A stretch of DNA of 64,000 bases, from contig CAWESZ010000013.1 in the NCBI GenBank assembly GCA_963811865.1, positions 377,411 to 441,410 of the forward strand, written 5' to 3'. The notes under the pieces were generated by a model. It did no database searches and was not told the DNA's origin. It was given only the letters and a program-made list of their open reading frames with translations. Shown piece after piece: positions 9,112 through 17,891 of this stretch. Numbering within the stretch: the first letter of the stretch is position 1; each line of letters opens with the position of its first letter. The position numbers were made by a program, and so were the translations under genes. The stretch comes from an uncultured delta proteobacterium (lineage in GTDB: Bacteria > Desulfobacterota > Binatia > Binatales > Binataceae).

Positions 9112-11251
9112 TTATTTACCCTTCCTGAAAACCAAGGCGGCGACCGCTCCATCAAACCCGTCTGGCAAGTCGACCTCCCCGGCATGCGGTAGGACCAGCT
9201 TTCCCCCACTGAGCTCCCATCGCCAAGTTCGCATAATACAGCCCGAGCCCCATCCCAGTGGGCTTGCGTGTAAAGAACGGTCGCACGAGCAGTTCTGGAT
9301 CATCACCTTGAAATCCTGGGCCGGTGTCCGCCACGACCATGGCTGGCCCGAGGTCGAATTCGTCGCTGGCCCCTATGTACAACTTTCGCGGGCTGGAGCC
9401 ATCGTCAGCCGGTTCGTCCGGCCACCTCACCCTCATCCAATACAGCGAGTTATCGATGAGATTGTTGACGGCGCCCAAAACGAGGCTGAACGAAAACTTC
9501 GCCTCGAATCCCGAACCGTTTGTTTCTAGAAGCGGACAGTAGAGCCGTACGCGATGATGGCGAAAGCGCAAAACGTTGAACCGCCGCGCAGCCTCGACGA
9601 GCTTTCGGGCTGAATGCTTCTCCTGTCTGTCGCGACGTAGTAGGACGGAGAAGCCGTCAAGCAGATGCATGAGATCGCGCGCTTGGCGCTCCGTGGCATC
9701 CGGATCCGCTTCTCCACGATCACTTGGTGAAGAGCGCGCACGCCCCGCTCAACCTCATGGAATACGACGGCAAGGTTGAGTCCAGACATTCCCGCGGTTA
9801 AGAGCGTATCCTGCATATCCCGGTAGTCGTGCTCGATTTTCGTTACATACGGCTCGAACGTCTTGAGGATACCTCTGTCGTTCAGAGCCTTCCGAAGATC
9901 CTGGATAGGCTTTCTAATTCCGACCGTGTCGGAGTTGCCCGTGGTTCCGGTTACCCTCCGAATTCGATCCTTATCGATTTGCCTCTCGGACTCGAGCGCC
10001 GCGATGGCGCCCAATACAATGCGACGAAGATTAGCGCACGCAGCGTTCTCGACAAAGCCTTCGCGGTTAGTTTTCTCAACCAGTAGATTAGACCTTTCCA
10101 GTGAGAGATGGACAGCGCCCAGGATGATGTTGCGGCTAATACCACGCGTCGGAGCATTTACGCGTCGCAGGTCCAGTCCCAACCAGTCATCCCCGGCTTC
10201 GCCGTAGTTGTACACGCGAATACCATCCCGATATACACGCACGCCCCCATTTTCATCGAGGTAGTCGGCTAGAAGCTGTACATCCGCCAATCGCCGCAAC
10301 ACCTCCCGATCTCTATCGTACACATAGAATTCTCCCGTAACGGGCCCGATCCCACGTAATGTGCTCCCGTCCGCTACGATCTTTTTCTCCATTCGGTCGT
10401 CGCCGGATGCCGGCGGGAGCTTGAGTCTGTCGCCGCGTTTCCGCACCAACCTTGGCTCGAGCTTGAGGCCGGGCACCTGCCTAAATTCATATTTCCAACC
10501 GAACCCCTTCCGGTCGAGCCGAAATGCAAATTTCCAAATCGCCCTGTCGAGGAATTTCTCGACATCGGGAATGTCGGCAATCCAGTCTTCTTCCCCGGGG
10601 ACTTCCAGCCTCGCGGAAAAACCGCTCGGTTCTCTGAACGGCGAGCAGATGGAGGTTATCTGCTCTGCAGCCGACGAACCTCATTGCGCGACCACTGATT
10701 CTGTCGAAGCTCACTGATCTCCACCACCGTTCCGGTCGTCTTTCCCGTGAATAGCTCGGGTGAACGAACCCGTATGGTGACCGGAGCCTGGGACAAAAAG
10801 GGCCTCGCGATTAATTTGTGCCAGTCGATCTTGACGACGCACTCGTCAGCACCCTTTGCGCGTGTAATTAGGCGGATTCTGTTGCCGAGCTTGTGCACGG
10901 CAAACCGCCCAAGCCCCTTCTCGCCGAGCGGTAATCTCCGATGTTTCTTCGAGCGTGCGAGCGACAGACGCTGCTTCATCCGGAAATCATCGCCGGGCAC
11001 GAGCCATACATTTTCTAGCTGCTCGATGTCATCCCCTCGCCGTCGTCGCGGACAGTGATGGTCGGTTGGCGTTGCCGAAGATCGAGGGTCACAACTGCCT
11101 CATTCGCGTCGGCATCATAAGCATTTTTCACCAACTCGAAGACCGCAAGCCGCGCACTCCCTATCAACTCGTCACCAAGCAACTGAAGCAGCCTGGCCCG
11201 TGGCCGGAACGATCTACGAATTTCACTTTCCACTCTACGGTTCACCTTCAA
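9112..11251 (-). pseudogene. fusion of an N-terminal MORC/Hsp90-like GHKL ATPase module with a C-terminal histidine-kinase core (DHp+CA); needs 4 frame corrections
   Basis: Stitched from track ORFs 11015..11251, 10656..11000, 9526..10476 (frame open from ~10690), 9152..9670 and 9112..9306. N-terminal motifs: ELVKNAYDADA, VRDDGEGM, GEKGLGRF. C-terminal motifs: H-box-like VVFHEVERGVRAL, N-box NNLIDNSLYW, G1 VADTGPGF, G2 TGMGLGLYYA. Frame changes near 11015, 10665, 9705 and 9225. Confidence 0.7.
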
Positions 11252-11292
11252 ACTCTTGCACTCGCAGAAGCGAACATGCTACCACCGCTGAA

Positions 11293-11600
11293 TCAGCATT
11301 TTCGATGGTGCACGCCGGAGACCGTGCTGGCGCAGAGCGCCTCGAAGCGGGGCGTCAGCCCCTCGCCAAACACTCGCGTACCCAAAAAGAGCCCTGAATG
11401 GCCACCCGGCGCGCCCGGCAGCCGCAGACCGCGAAGCTCGGCGGGACCGGAAAGTAACGCCCGGTACCTCACCTCACTCGCCCGTGGCCCGATGCCCCGA
11501 CTCCAGCAGCCCACGATTGCGTCGCGATACTTCCCGTAACGGTGGCGCTGATCGCGCAGCACGCCGTCGCGCCGAAAACCGCCCTTCTCGTACGATGCGG
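11293..11600 (-). pseudogene. possible degenerate 3' remnant of an alpha/beta (epoxide-type) hydrolase gene
   Basis: SYEKGGFR...LRLPGAPGGHSGLF loosely parallels EFKRTGFRG...VLAGAGHWTQ of the intact hydrolase at 26776..27729. There is no start and the reading is degenerate. Confidence 0.3.
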
Positions 11601-11699
11601 GCGCTCGAGGGCTCGTCCTGTTCGACCGCCTGAGGGTCTGGTCGGCGGCGCCGCCCAGACCGGCAAGGTCGGCGGGCCCTTGCCGGCCTAGTTGGCTCG

Positions 11700-11822
11700 C
11701 GGGGAACCGGCAGCCAAGACGCGGTCGCGAGCGCCAAAAACGCCACGACGGTCATCAGAGCAAATGCGAGCGTGAATCCTCGGGCCGCTGACGCAGCCCT
11801 GGCAACGATAGCGCCTACCAAG
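11700..11822 (-). pseudogene. 3' fragment of an MFS transporter gene, paralogous to 27814..29155
   Basis: VGAIVARAASAARGFTLAFALMTVVAFLALATA aligns with the C-terminus GAIVARAASADGGFTLAFGLMTVAALLALATA of the intact MFS gene. DNA similarity is visible over ~100 nt and is lost at ~11822. Confidence 0.55.
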
Positions 11823-11869
11823 CCGGCGCACGCCCTACCTCACCAGCGCGGCGGACGGCAGGAACTCCG

Positions 11870-12063
11870 GTCCGCTCGTGATCGTCGGACCGGCGAGGCT
11901 CAAAATTTATACGTAGTGCCGACGTTGGAGAATGCCAAATTTCCCACCGGGCCAGTGCCTTTAAGGAAACCTCCGGTGAGAAAGCTGGCCAGATTGACAG
12001 CGATCGTCTTATGCAAATCGAGCGCCCAGCGCAGCTCGAAATTCGGCTGGCTTCCGATATACC
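11870..12063 (-). repeat. displaced copy A of the OMP gene 3' end (last 53 codons plus ~30 nt downstream), in-frame and intact
   Basis: Reads YIGSQPNFELRWALDLHKTIAVNLASFLTGGFLKGTGPVGNLAFSNVGTTYKF* (stop 11900-11902). It aligns with 12921..13113 apart from scattered substitutions and one 1-nt indel. Confidence 0.9.
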
Positions 12064-12074
12064 GCGGCCGCGGT

Positions 12075-12111
12075 GGCAGAGTTTATCTGTGTTCATCTGT
12101 AGTTACATTGG
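12075..12111. repeat. solo copy of the REP/MITE-like motif seen in the 2.0-2.3 kb tandem repeat
   Basis: GGCAGAGTTTATCTGTGTTCATCTGTAGTTACATTG versus 2266-2301 GGCAGAGTTCATCTGTGTTCATCTGTGGTTAAATTG: 33/36 identical, same orientation. Confidence 0.9.
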
Positions 12112-12138
12112 CGCCGCGCTCGCCGGAACTCCCGGCCG

Positions 12139-12516
12139 TTATTCGAGGCGCAGGCCGGAGAATCGCCGGAAGTCATCGCGATTCGCGGTCGCGAGGCTGG
12201 CGCCTACTCTGATCGCGGTCGCGGCGATCATGCAGTCCAAAAGCGAGCCCCGGCGCCGTCCCGAATGGTTGAACAGTTCCGCGGCCTGAATCGAATCCTC
12301 CACCACGAAAGGCTCCGGCTCGCCGACCATCGCCGCCGCCAGCGCAAGCTGCCGCTGGTCCAGAGGGCCGCAGAGAAACTCGGCCCATCCGATGGCGCTC
12401 ATGCCGAGCTTGACGCCATCCGCCATCCAGCGGCGCAACTGCTTGTCTTCGCCGGAATTCGCCTTCAGCGCCCCGATCAGAAAACTCGTATCGAGATGAA
12501 CTATCGCTTGCGCCAT
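12139..12516 (-). CDS. vapC: PIN-domain toxin (VapC type)
   Basis: Internal ATG of ORF 12139..12567. IVHLDTSFLI (N-terminal Asp), GWAEFL, DCMIAATA and TANRDDF give the conserved acidic residues of PIN. Confidence 0.85.
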   Translation of the reverse strand: MAQAIVHLDTSFLIGALKANSGEDKQLRRWMADGVKLGMSAIGWAEFLCGPLDQRQLALAAAMVGEPEPFVVEDSIQAAELFNHSGRRRGSLLDCMIAATAIRVGASLATANRDDFRRFSGLRLE

Positions 12517-12785
12517 TCGTGACGAGCCAACGTCCTTGCGCGCTCGATGCGGACCTTGCGCGACCACTCGTCAGTCCGTTGTCTGGTGAGCTTGACGCTC
12601 TTCTGCAATTCGTCCAACGCTTGCAAGGGGGACGGCGCCGGGCCTAGCTGATCGCGGGCGACTACGTCAATCGCGCGGCGCAAAACTTCCGATTTCGAGA
12701 CCTTCCACCGGGCGGCCACCCGGTCGAGTTTGCGGATCGTTTCCACATCCAGAGCGTAGGTCGATTTGATCGAGGTTCGGGCCAT
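12501..12785 (-). CDS. vapB: ribbon-helix-helix antitoxin (VapB type)
   Basis: ATG 12785. MARTSIKSTYALDVETIRKLDRVAARWKVSKSEVLRRAI is an RHH pattern. Overlaps the vapC start by 16 nt. Confidence 0.8.
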   Translation of the reverse strand: MARTSIKSTYALDVETIRKLDRVAARWKVSKSEVLRRAIDVVARDQLGPAPSPLQALDELQKSVKLTRQRTDEWSRKVRIERARTLARHEWRKR

Positions 12786-12920
12786 ACCAGAGCCATTATA
12801 TGGCCATACCATGAGCAGATTCCACCGGACGCGAAGATGCCGGCCGCCGCCGGCCCCTGATCGCCCGACCGGTGTCAGTATCGCATCCAAGTAGGAGTTG
12901 ACCGAACGAAAGTGGCACAG

Positions 12921-13113
12921 GTCCGCTCCTGATCGGCCAACCGGCGGGGTTCAAAATTTATACGTAACGCCGACGTTGGAGAATGCCACATTTCCCGCCG
13001 GGCCCGTGTCCTTAAGGAAACCTCCGGTGAGAAAGCCGGCCAGATTATTGCGATCGTCGTATGCAAATCGAGCGCCCAGCGCAGCTCGAAATTCGGCTGG
13101 CTTCCGATATACC
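12921..13113 (-). repeat. copy B of the OMP gene 3' end, still attached to the gene but one nucleotide shorter than copy A
   Basis: 163 nt from stop to boundary versus 164 nt in copy A (AGATTATTGCGATCG versus AGATTGACAGCGATCG). The terminal beta-strand AGFLTGGFLKDTGPAGNVAFSNVGVTYKF* is therefore out of frame with the gene body. Confidence 0.9.
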
Positions 13114-14429
13114 TCGCTCTGCTGCCATCGCTGGGGCGGATTAGCGCACCGCCGATTTGGTACACGCCGTCGTCAAGGCTCTGGCGCCAGAACCAGCCCC
13201 AATCGAAAGCACAGGTGACGTTCGGCAGGAGGGCGAACATCAGCACCGGATGCACATCAAACAAATTGTATGGTCCGAACATGGTCAGCTTCGGGCCGAA
13301 ATACGCTCCGCGCGGGAACAAGGGATTGAATGTGTTCAGCGTGCCGCCGTTGGGATGGTCCCCGCCGCTGGCGATATCCGCGCGCAGGGCGAGCCGTGGC
13401 GCGAAGCGCACCGGCAACGTGTAGCCCGTTTCGGTCGCGACCGTCCACGCGTTGATGTAGTTATTCCCGAACGTGCCGAGCTGATAAACCAGCTCCCAAT
13501 TGTAGTCCAAGCCGGCCTCGAATGGTGCCCCAGCCGGATGATTGAACAATCGCGTGCCGATACTGTGGCGAATCTCGCGCCCACTGCCTTGCTGATAGGT
13601 CGCGCGCGTCGTATCGACTCCGAGGTAATAGAGGTCCGCCTGCCCGTTCTGATCGATCAGACGCAGCGGCACCGTGCCATAAGCTCCCCAGAACGTCTGT
13701 TGCGAGGTCGGACGATCGTCGAACGTTCCGGTGTTCTGTTCGGTCGGCTTGACGCCGAAGACTTCAAGCCGCAGCGTTTCCGTTTTAGCGATAACTCTCG
13801 CGCCGTAAAAGCTGGACTTCACATTCACGCCTTCGTTGTTGTCCACGAGCCTGCCGGTTCCATAGACCAGCTCTTGCTCGCCGAGCCGCACGGTGACCGA
13901 GCGCTGGTCGTCGAGTCCGCTGCTTAGATCGATAAAGGCTTCGTGGAAGTCGCCCTGGTCCTCGTCGATCCCCGGGCGCGGCCCGCCGTTGTTGCCCATC
14001 TCCTTTTCGTACTGAAATGAAGCAAACAGGCGCACGTGCGGACCCGGCGGTCAGACTTGCTTCCGGGATGACGCGTTGCAGCCAGTAGCCGCTGATAGTT
14101 TGCGGCCCCGCGCCCCACATCGCATTCTGGAACCATTCATATTCGGTACGGTTTTCCAGGCCGAGGGTCAGATAAAAGTTCCCGGCCTGGTCGAGCGGCA
14201 CATACTTGAGCGGATCCCACAAGTCCGTGCGGTTCGCAGGATCCTTAAGAAAACTGAAATTCTCGTCGGCTTGATCGACCGGTGTCAGCGGCGGCCGAGC
14301 GGGATTGGACGGTGGTCCCGGCGGCATCGGCTGAGGAGTCTGGGCCAACGTCCGACCAGACGACATCAGTACTATGACGAGCGCGGAAACACTCGATGCG
14401 ACCAGTTTCCGGCGTGGGCGGCGCATCAT
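12951..14429 (-). pseudogene. alginate-export (AlgE-like) family outer-membrane beta-barrel protein, two apparent frameshifts
   Basis: Signal peptide MMRRPRRKLVASSVSALVIVLMSSGRTLA. DLWDPLKYVPLDQAGNFYLTLGLENRTEYEWF is typical of the family. Frame break near 14050 (track ORFs 13785..14429 and 12875..14035) and again near 13045, just before the C-terminal ...YKF. Confidence 0.75.
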
Positions 14430-14464
14430 CTCTGTCAGGAGGAGCCGTCAGGTCTGCTGCTTAG

Positions 14465-14523
14465 CAGGGTGTTGAGAAAGTAAGACCAAATGAGTTGGAG
14501 AAATGTGCGCGCTCAACACCCTG
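14465..14523. repeat. 12-bp perfect inverted repeat (CAGGGTGTTGAG ... CTCAACACCCTG) with a 35-nt loop
   Basis: Read directly from sequence. Lies between the oxidoreductase stop and the OMP gene start. Confidence 0.8.
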
Positions 14524-14550
14524 CATGAAACTGGCTTCCTTCCTTAACCT

Positions 14551-14569
14551 TCTCTCCCTCTGGGAGAGA
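14551..14569. repeat. 8-bp stem hairpin TCTCTCCC-TCT-GGGAGAGA, a REP-like palindrome
   Basis: Read directly from sequence. It sits ~45 nt downstream of the stop at 14615 on the minus strand. No U-tract follows, so I do not call it a terminator. Confidence 0.6.
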
Positions 14570-14614
14570 TAAGAGTGAGGGCGCAGGCTGTGAAAATCCT
14601 TTTTCAACAGCCTG

Positions 14615-15588
14615 CTAGGGCGCCAGGACGAGTCGCCCGCGCACTTCGCCACGCTCCACCTTTCCGTAGGCCGCAGGTCCGTCTGAAAGCGCAAGCACCC
14701 CGTCGATTGAAGGTGCTCGGAATGTGCCTTGGTCAAAAAGTGGCGTGAGAGCTTCGAGCAGCACACCCGACGCGATCGCATCGCGCGCGCGGGTATCCAC
14801 GCCAAATAGCCGGCTCTCATTGTGATAAAAGTCGATAAGATCGAAACTTACGCGGCGATCGCCTGTCGACGCGATCTCCAGCAGCCGGCCGCGATGGGAG
14901 AGCGCTTTCAGCGCCGGCTCGAACATCGGTCCGCCGACGCTGTCGAAAATGACTTCGGCCGCCTTTTCCCTGCGTCGCACCGCGCACGATCGATTCGAGC
15001 GGCTCGCCACCCGGCACAAAGTACTCATCCAGCGCGCCGGCTGCCGGCGCATCCGCGGGCGAGCGGCCGCTGGTCCACTCCGATTACGCGGGCACCGCGC
15101 CACTTTCCGATCTGCGCCGCCGCGCCGCCAACGCCTCCGTTCGCGCCGATTACCAGCAAGGTCTCGCCGGCAGCGATCTGCGCGTATTCGATCAGCCCGA
15201 GCCAGGCCGCGAGGTACGTTACTCCGATTGCCGCGGCCTGCTGCAGCGAAAGCGCGCGGGGCTTACGGCGCAGACTCGCGATCGGGACGGCGATCAGCTC
15301 GGCGTGACTGCCATCGACCGAGTAGCCGATTTCGCCGCCAGTTCCCCAGACCTCCGCCCCTATCCATTCCGATGGACCCTGGACGACGGTTCCTGCATAG
15401 TCGCGCCCCGGCACGCGGGGCAGGGTGGTATGTTCCATCTTGCCCTGGACGTTCTTAACGTCGCTTGGGCTGATCGAAGCTGCCGCCACCTTGACGATAG
15501 CGGTCCCCGAATCGGCCTTGGGATCAGCGAGTTCGACCAGACGCAGGTTCGCGACCGGGCCGAATTCGCTGAATTGCAGTGCGCGCAT
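14615..15588 (-). pseudogene. MDR-superfamily quinone oxidoreductase / zinc-type alcohol dehydrogenase-like, two apparent 1-nt insertions
   Basis: MRALQFSEFGPV...LPRVPGRDYAGTV...LVIGANGGVGGAAAQIGKWRGARVIGVD, then ADAPAAGALDEYFVPGGEPLESIVRGATQGKG (second frame, ORF 14817..15017), then AEVIFDSVGGPMFEPALKAL... (third frame, ORF 14615..15103). Confidence 0.8.
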
Positions 15589-15591
15589 CGC

Positions 15592-15828
15592 TCACGGCTC
15601 CGCTCGCCGCGATGGCGTCTGAGACGGGGCCAAGCCGCTCGGTCCGGCGCAATCCGGAGCATGCTGAGCCGGCGACGACACCCGCCGATCGACCGCGATA
15701 TAACCGATCGTCATCGCCATCACGAGCAGCGCGCCGAGGATCATGGGCGGCGCCGGCGACGGAATTCCGAACGCGCGGCAGGCGAAACCCAACGCGAAGG
15801 CCAGCACGATGCCGATCACGGCTTTCAT
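15592..15828 (-). CDS. XapX-domain small membrane protein
   Basis: MKAVIGIVLAFALGFACRAFGIPSPAPPMILGALLVMAMTIGY carries the XapX/DUF1427 SPAPP signature. ATGA overlap with the upstream paralogue. Confidence 0.7.
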   Translation of the reverse strand: MKAVIGIVLAFALGFACRAFGIPSPAPPMILGALLVMAMTIGYIAVDRRVSSPAQHAPDCAGPSGLAPSQTPSRRAEP

Positions 15829-16016
15829 TGCTTATCCATCTGCACCAGGGTCTTTCCCGGCGGCAGGATATAATCGGCGGTGACAAAGCCCACGGTCATT
15901 GCCAGCAGCAGGCATGCTCCAATCAGTCGCGGCGGCGCCGGCGACGGGATGTCGAAGAACCGGCATCCAGCGCCGATTACCAATCCCAGGGCGAGTCCAA
16001 TAACGGCGGCGGTCAT
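15825..16016 (-). CDS. XapX-domain small membrane protein (tandem paralogue)
   Basis: Internal ATG 16016. MTAAVIGLALGLVIGAGCRFFDIPSPAPPRLIGACLLLAMTVGF. Confidence 0.7.
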   Translation of the reverse strand: MTAAVIGLALGLVIGAGCRFFDIPSPAPPRLIGACLLLAMTVGFVTADYILPPGKTLVQMDKQ

Positions 16017-16027
16017 GATGTTCCTCC

Positions 16028-17835
16028 TCAGAAAGCGAAACAATCGCAACCAAAGTCCCATAGTGAATCAGGATGCGGAAGATGCGAACGCAGTCGGCTG
16101 GCGAGCTTCACGGCTCGAAGCCTGGCTCCGGTCTGTGCGGCCGACGCACGAAAGTAACCGCCGTAGTTCTTGACCGGCGACCAGTCTGGACTCACCGGCA
16201 GCGGCGGCGGAGCCAGCTTTGTGAAAGATCCCGCCGCATACACCACCTTGCCGCCCACTATCGTCAGCACCGACTCGAGTCTTTGATCTGATCCTCGGGA
16301 ATCGAAAAGTAGTCGGCGGAGAGCACGCTGAGATCCGCCAATTGCCCCGGCGCGATGGAACCCTTTTTGCCGTCCTCGGAGGAAAACCAGCTACTTCCGA
16401 CCGTATAGAGACGCAGCGCTTCGCCGCGATCGAGACGATTGCTTTCCGGGTAGAGAGCGGTGCCTCCGACGGTCCTGCCGGTGATGAGCCAGTACAGAGA
16501 GACGAAAGGATTGTAGCTCGAAACTCGCGTCGCATCCGTCCCGGCGCCGACCGGTACGCCCAATTCCAGCATTCGCCGGATCGGCGGCGTGCGCTGCGCC
16601 TGCTTTGCGCCATAGCGATCAACGAAATACTCCCCCTGAAAGGCCATCCGGTCCTGCACCGCGATACCACCGCCGAGCGCTTTGACCCGTTCGATGTTGC
16701 GATCGGAGATCGTCTCGCAGTGATCGAAGAACCAGTGCAGGCCGTCGAATGGAACTTCACGATTCACTGCTTCGTAAACGTCGAGGGCACGTGTGATGGT
16801 CTCGTCGTAGGTAGCGTGGAGGCGAAACGGCCAACGGCTTTCGGCAAGATGGCGGACGACCGTCTTGAGTTCCGCTTCCATCACGCCCGGCAACTCCGGA
16901 CGCGGTTCGAGGAAATCCTCGAAATCCGCGGCCGAATAGACCAGCATCTCGCCGGCGCCATTCGCCCGGTAGAAATCGTCGCCCGCGCCAGGCTTCGTGA
17001 GCCGCGTCCACGACTGGAAATCTCCCAGTTCCTGTTTGGGCTTCTGAGTGAACAGGTTGTAGGCCACTCGGACAGTGAGTTCACCGCGCTCATGAAGCTC
17101 GCTGACGACACCGTAGTCATCCGGGTAGTTTTGAAATCCGCCCCCGGCGTCAACCACGCTCGTAATACCGAAACGGTTGAGTTCGCGCATGAACAGGCGC
17201 GTCGAATTGATCTGGTCTTCGCGCGAAAGCCTGGGCCCCTTGGCGAGCGTGGAGTAGAGGATCATCGCGTTCGGCTTCGCGATCAGCAGCCCGGTTGGAT
17301 TCCCGTGCCGATCGCGTTCGATCTCACCGGCCGGCGGCGGGGGCGTATCTTTCGTATAGCCGACGGCGCGCAACGCTGCGCCATTCAGAAGCGCGCGATC
17401 GTACAGATGGAGCACAAAGACCGGGGTGTCCGGCGCGGCGGCGTTGATCTCGTCCAGCGTGGGCATCCGACGCTCGGCAAACTGGAACTCCGTCCATCCG
17501 CCGACTACTCGGACCCATTGCGGCGCCGGCGTCCGCGCGGCTTGCTCTTTCAGGATGCGTAGCGCATCCGCCAGCGAAGGCACGCCGTCCCAGCGCAGCT
17601 CCATGTTGTAGTTGAGCCCGCCGCGGATCGGATGCATGTGCGAGTCGTTGAGCCCCGGGATTACGGTACGGCCGCCGCAGTCAATCACGGTCGTTGCGGT
17701 GCCGCGTTGCCGCAGAATTTCCTGATCGGCGCCGGCGGCGGTGATTTTTCCGTCTTTGATAGCGACCGCCTCGACCAACGACGGAGCGTTGTTCGTGGCG
17801 ATTTTGCCGTTATGAAGAATGCTGTCCGGCTGCAT
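16028..17835 (-). CDS. amidohydrolase-3 family metal-dependent hydrolase (YtcJ-like), apparent frameshift near 16268
   Basis: ATG 17835 after AAGGGAG. GLNDSHMHP metal motif. The C-terminal SVLTIVGGKVVYAAG continues in ORF 16028..16270 after a 1-nt gap in AAAGAC-TCGAG. Confidence 0.85.
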
Positions 17836-17891
17836 ACACGACTCCCTTGCTGACGCTGACAATTGAGACGGCCGACTCTCGGCCCGCGCGT

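Noticed and set aside
12913-12930. A second TGGCAC sigma-54-like -24 element.
   Set aside because: The GG to GC spacing is 9 rather than 10 nt, there is no TTGC-like -12 element, and no plus-strand gene lies downstream.
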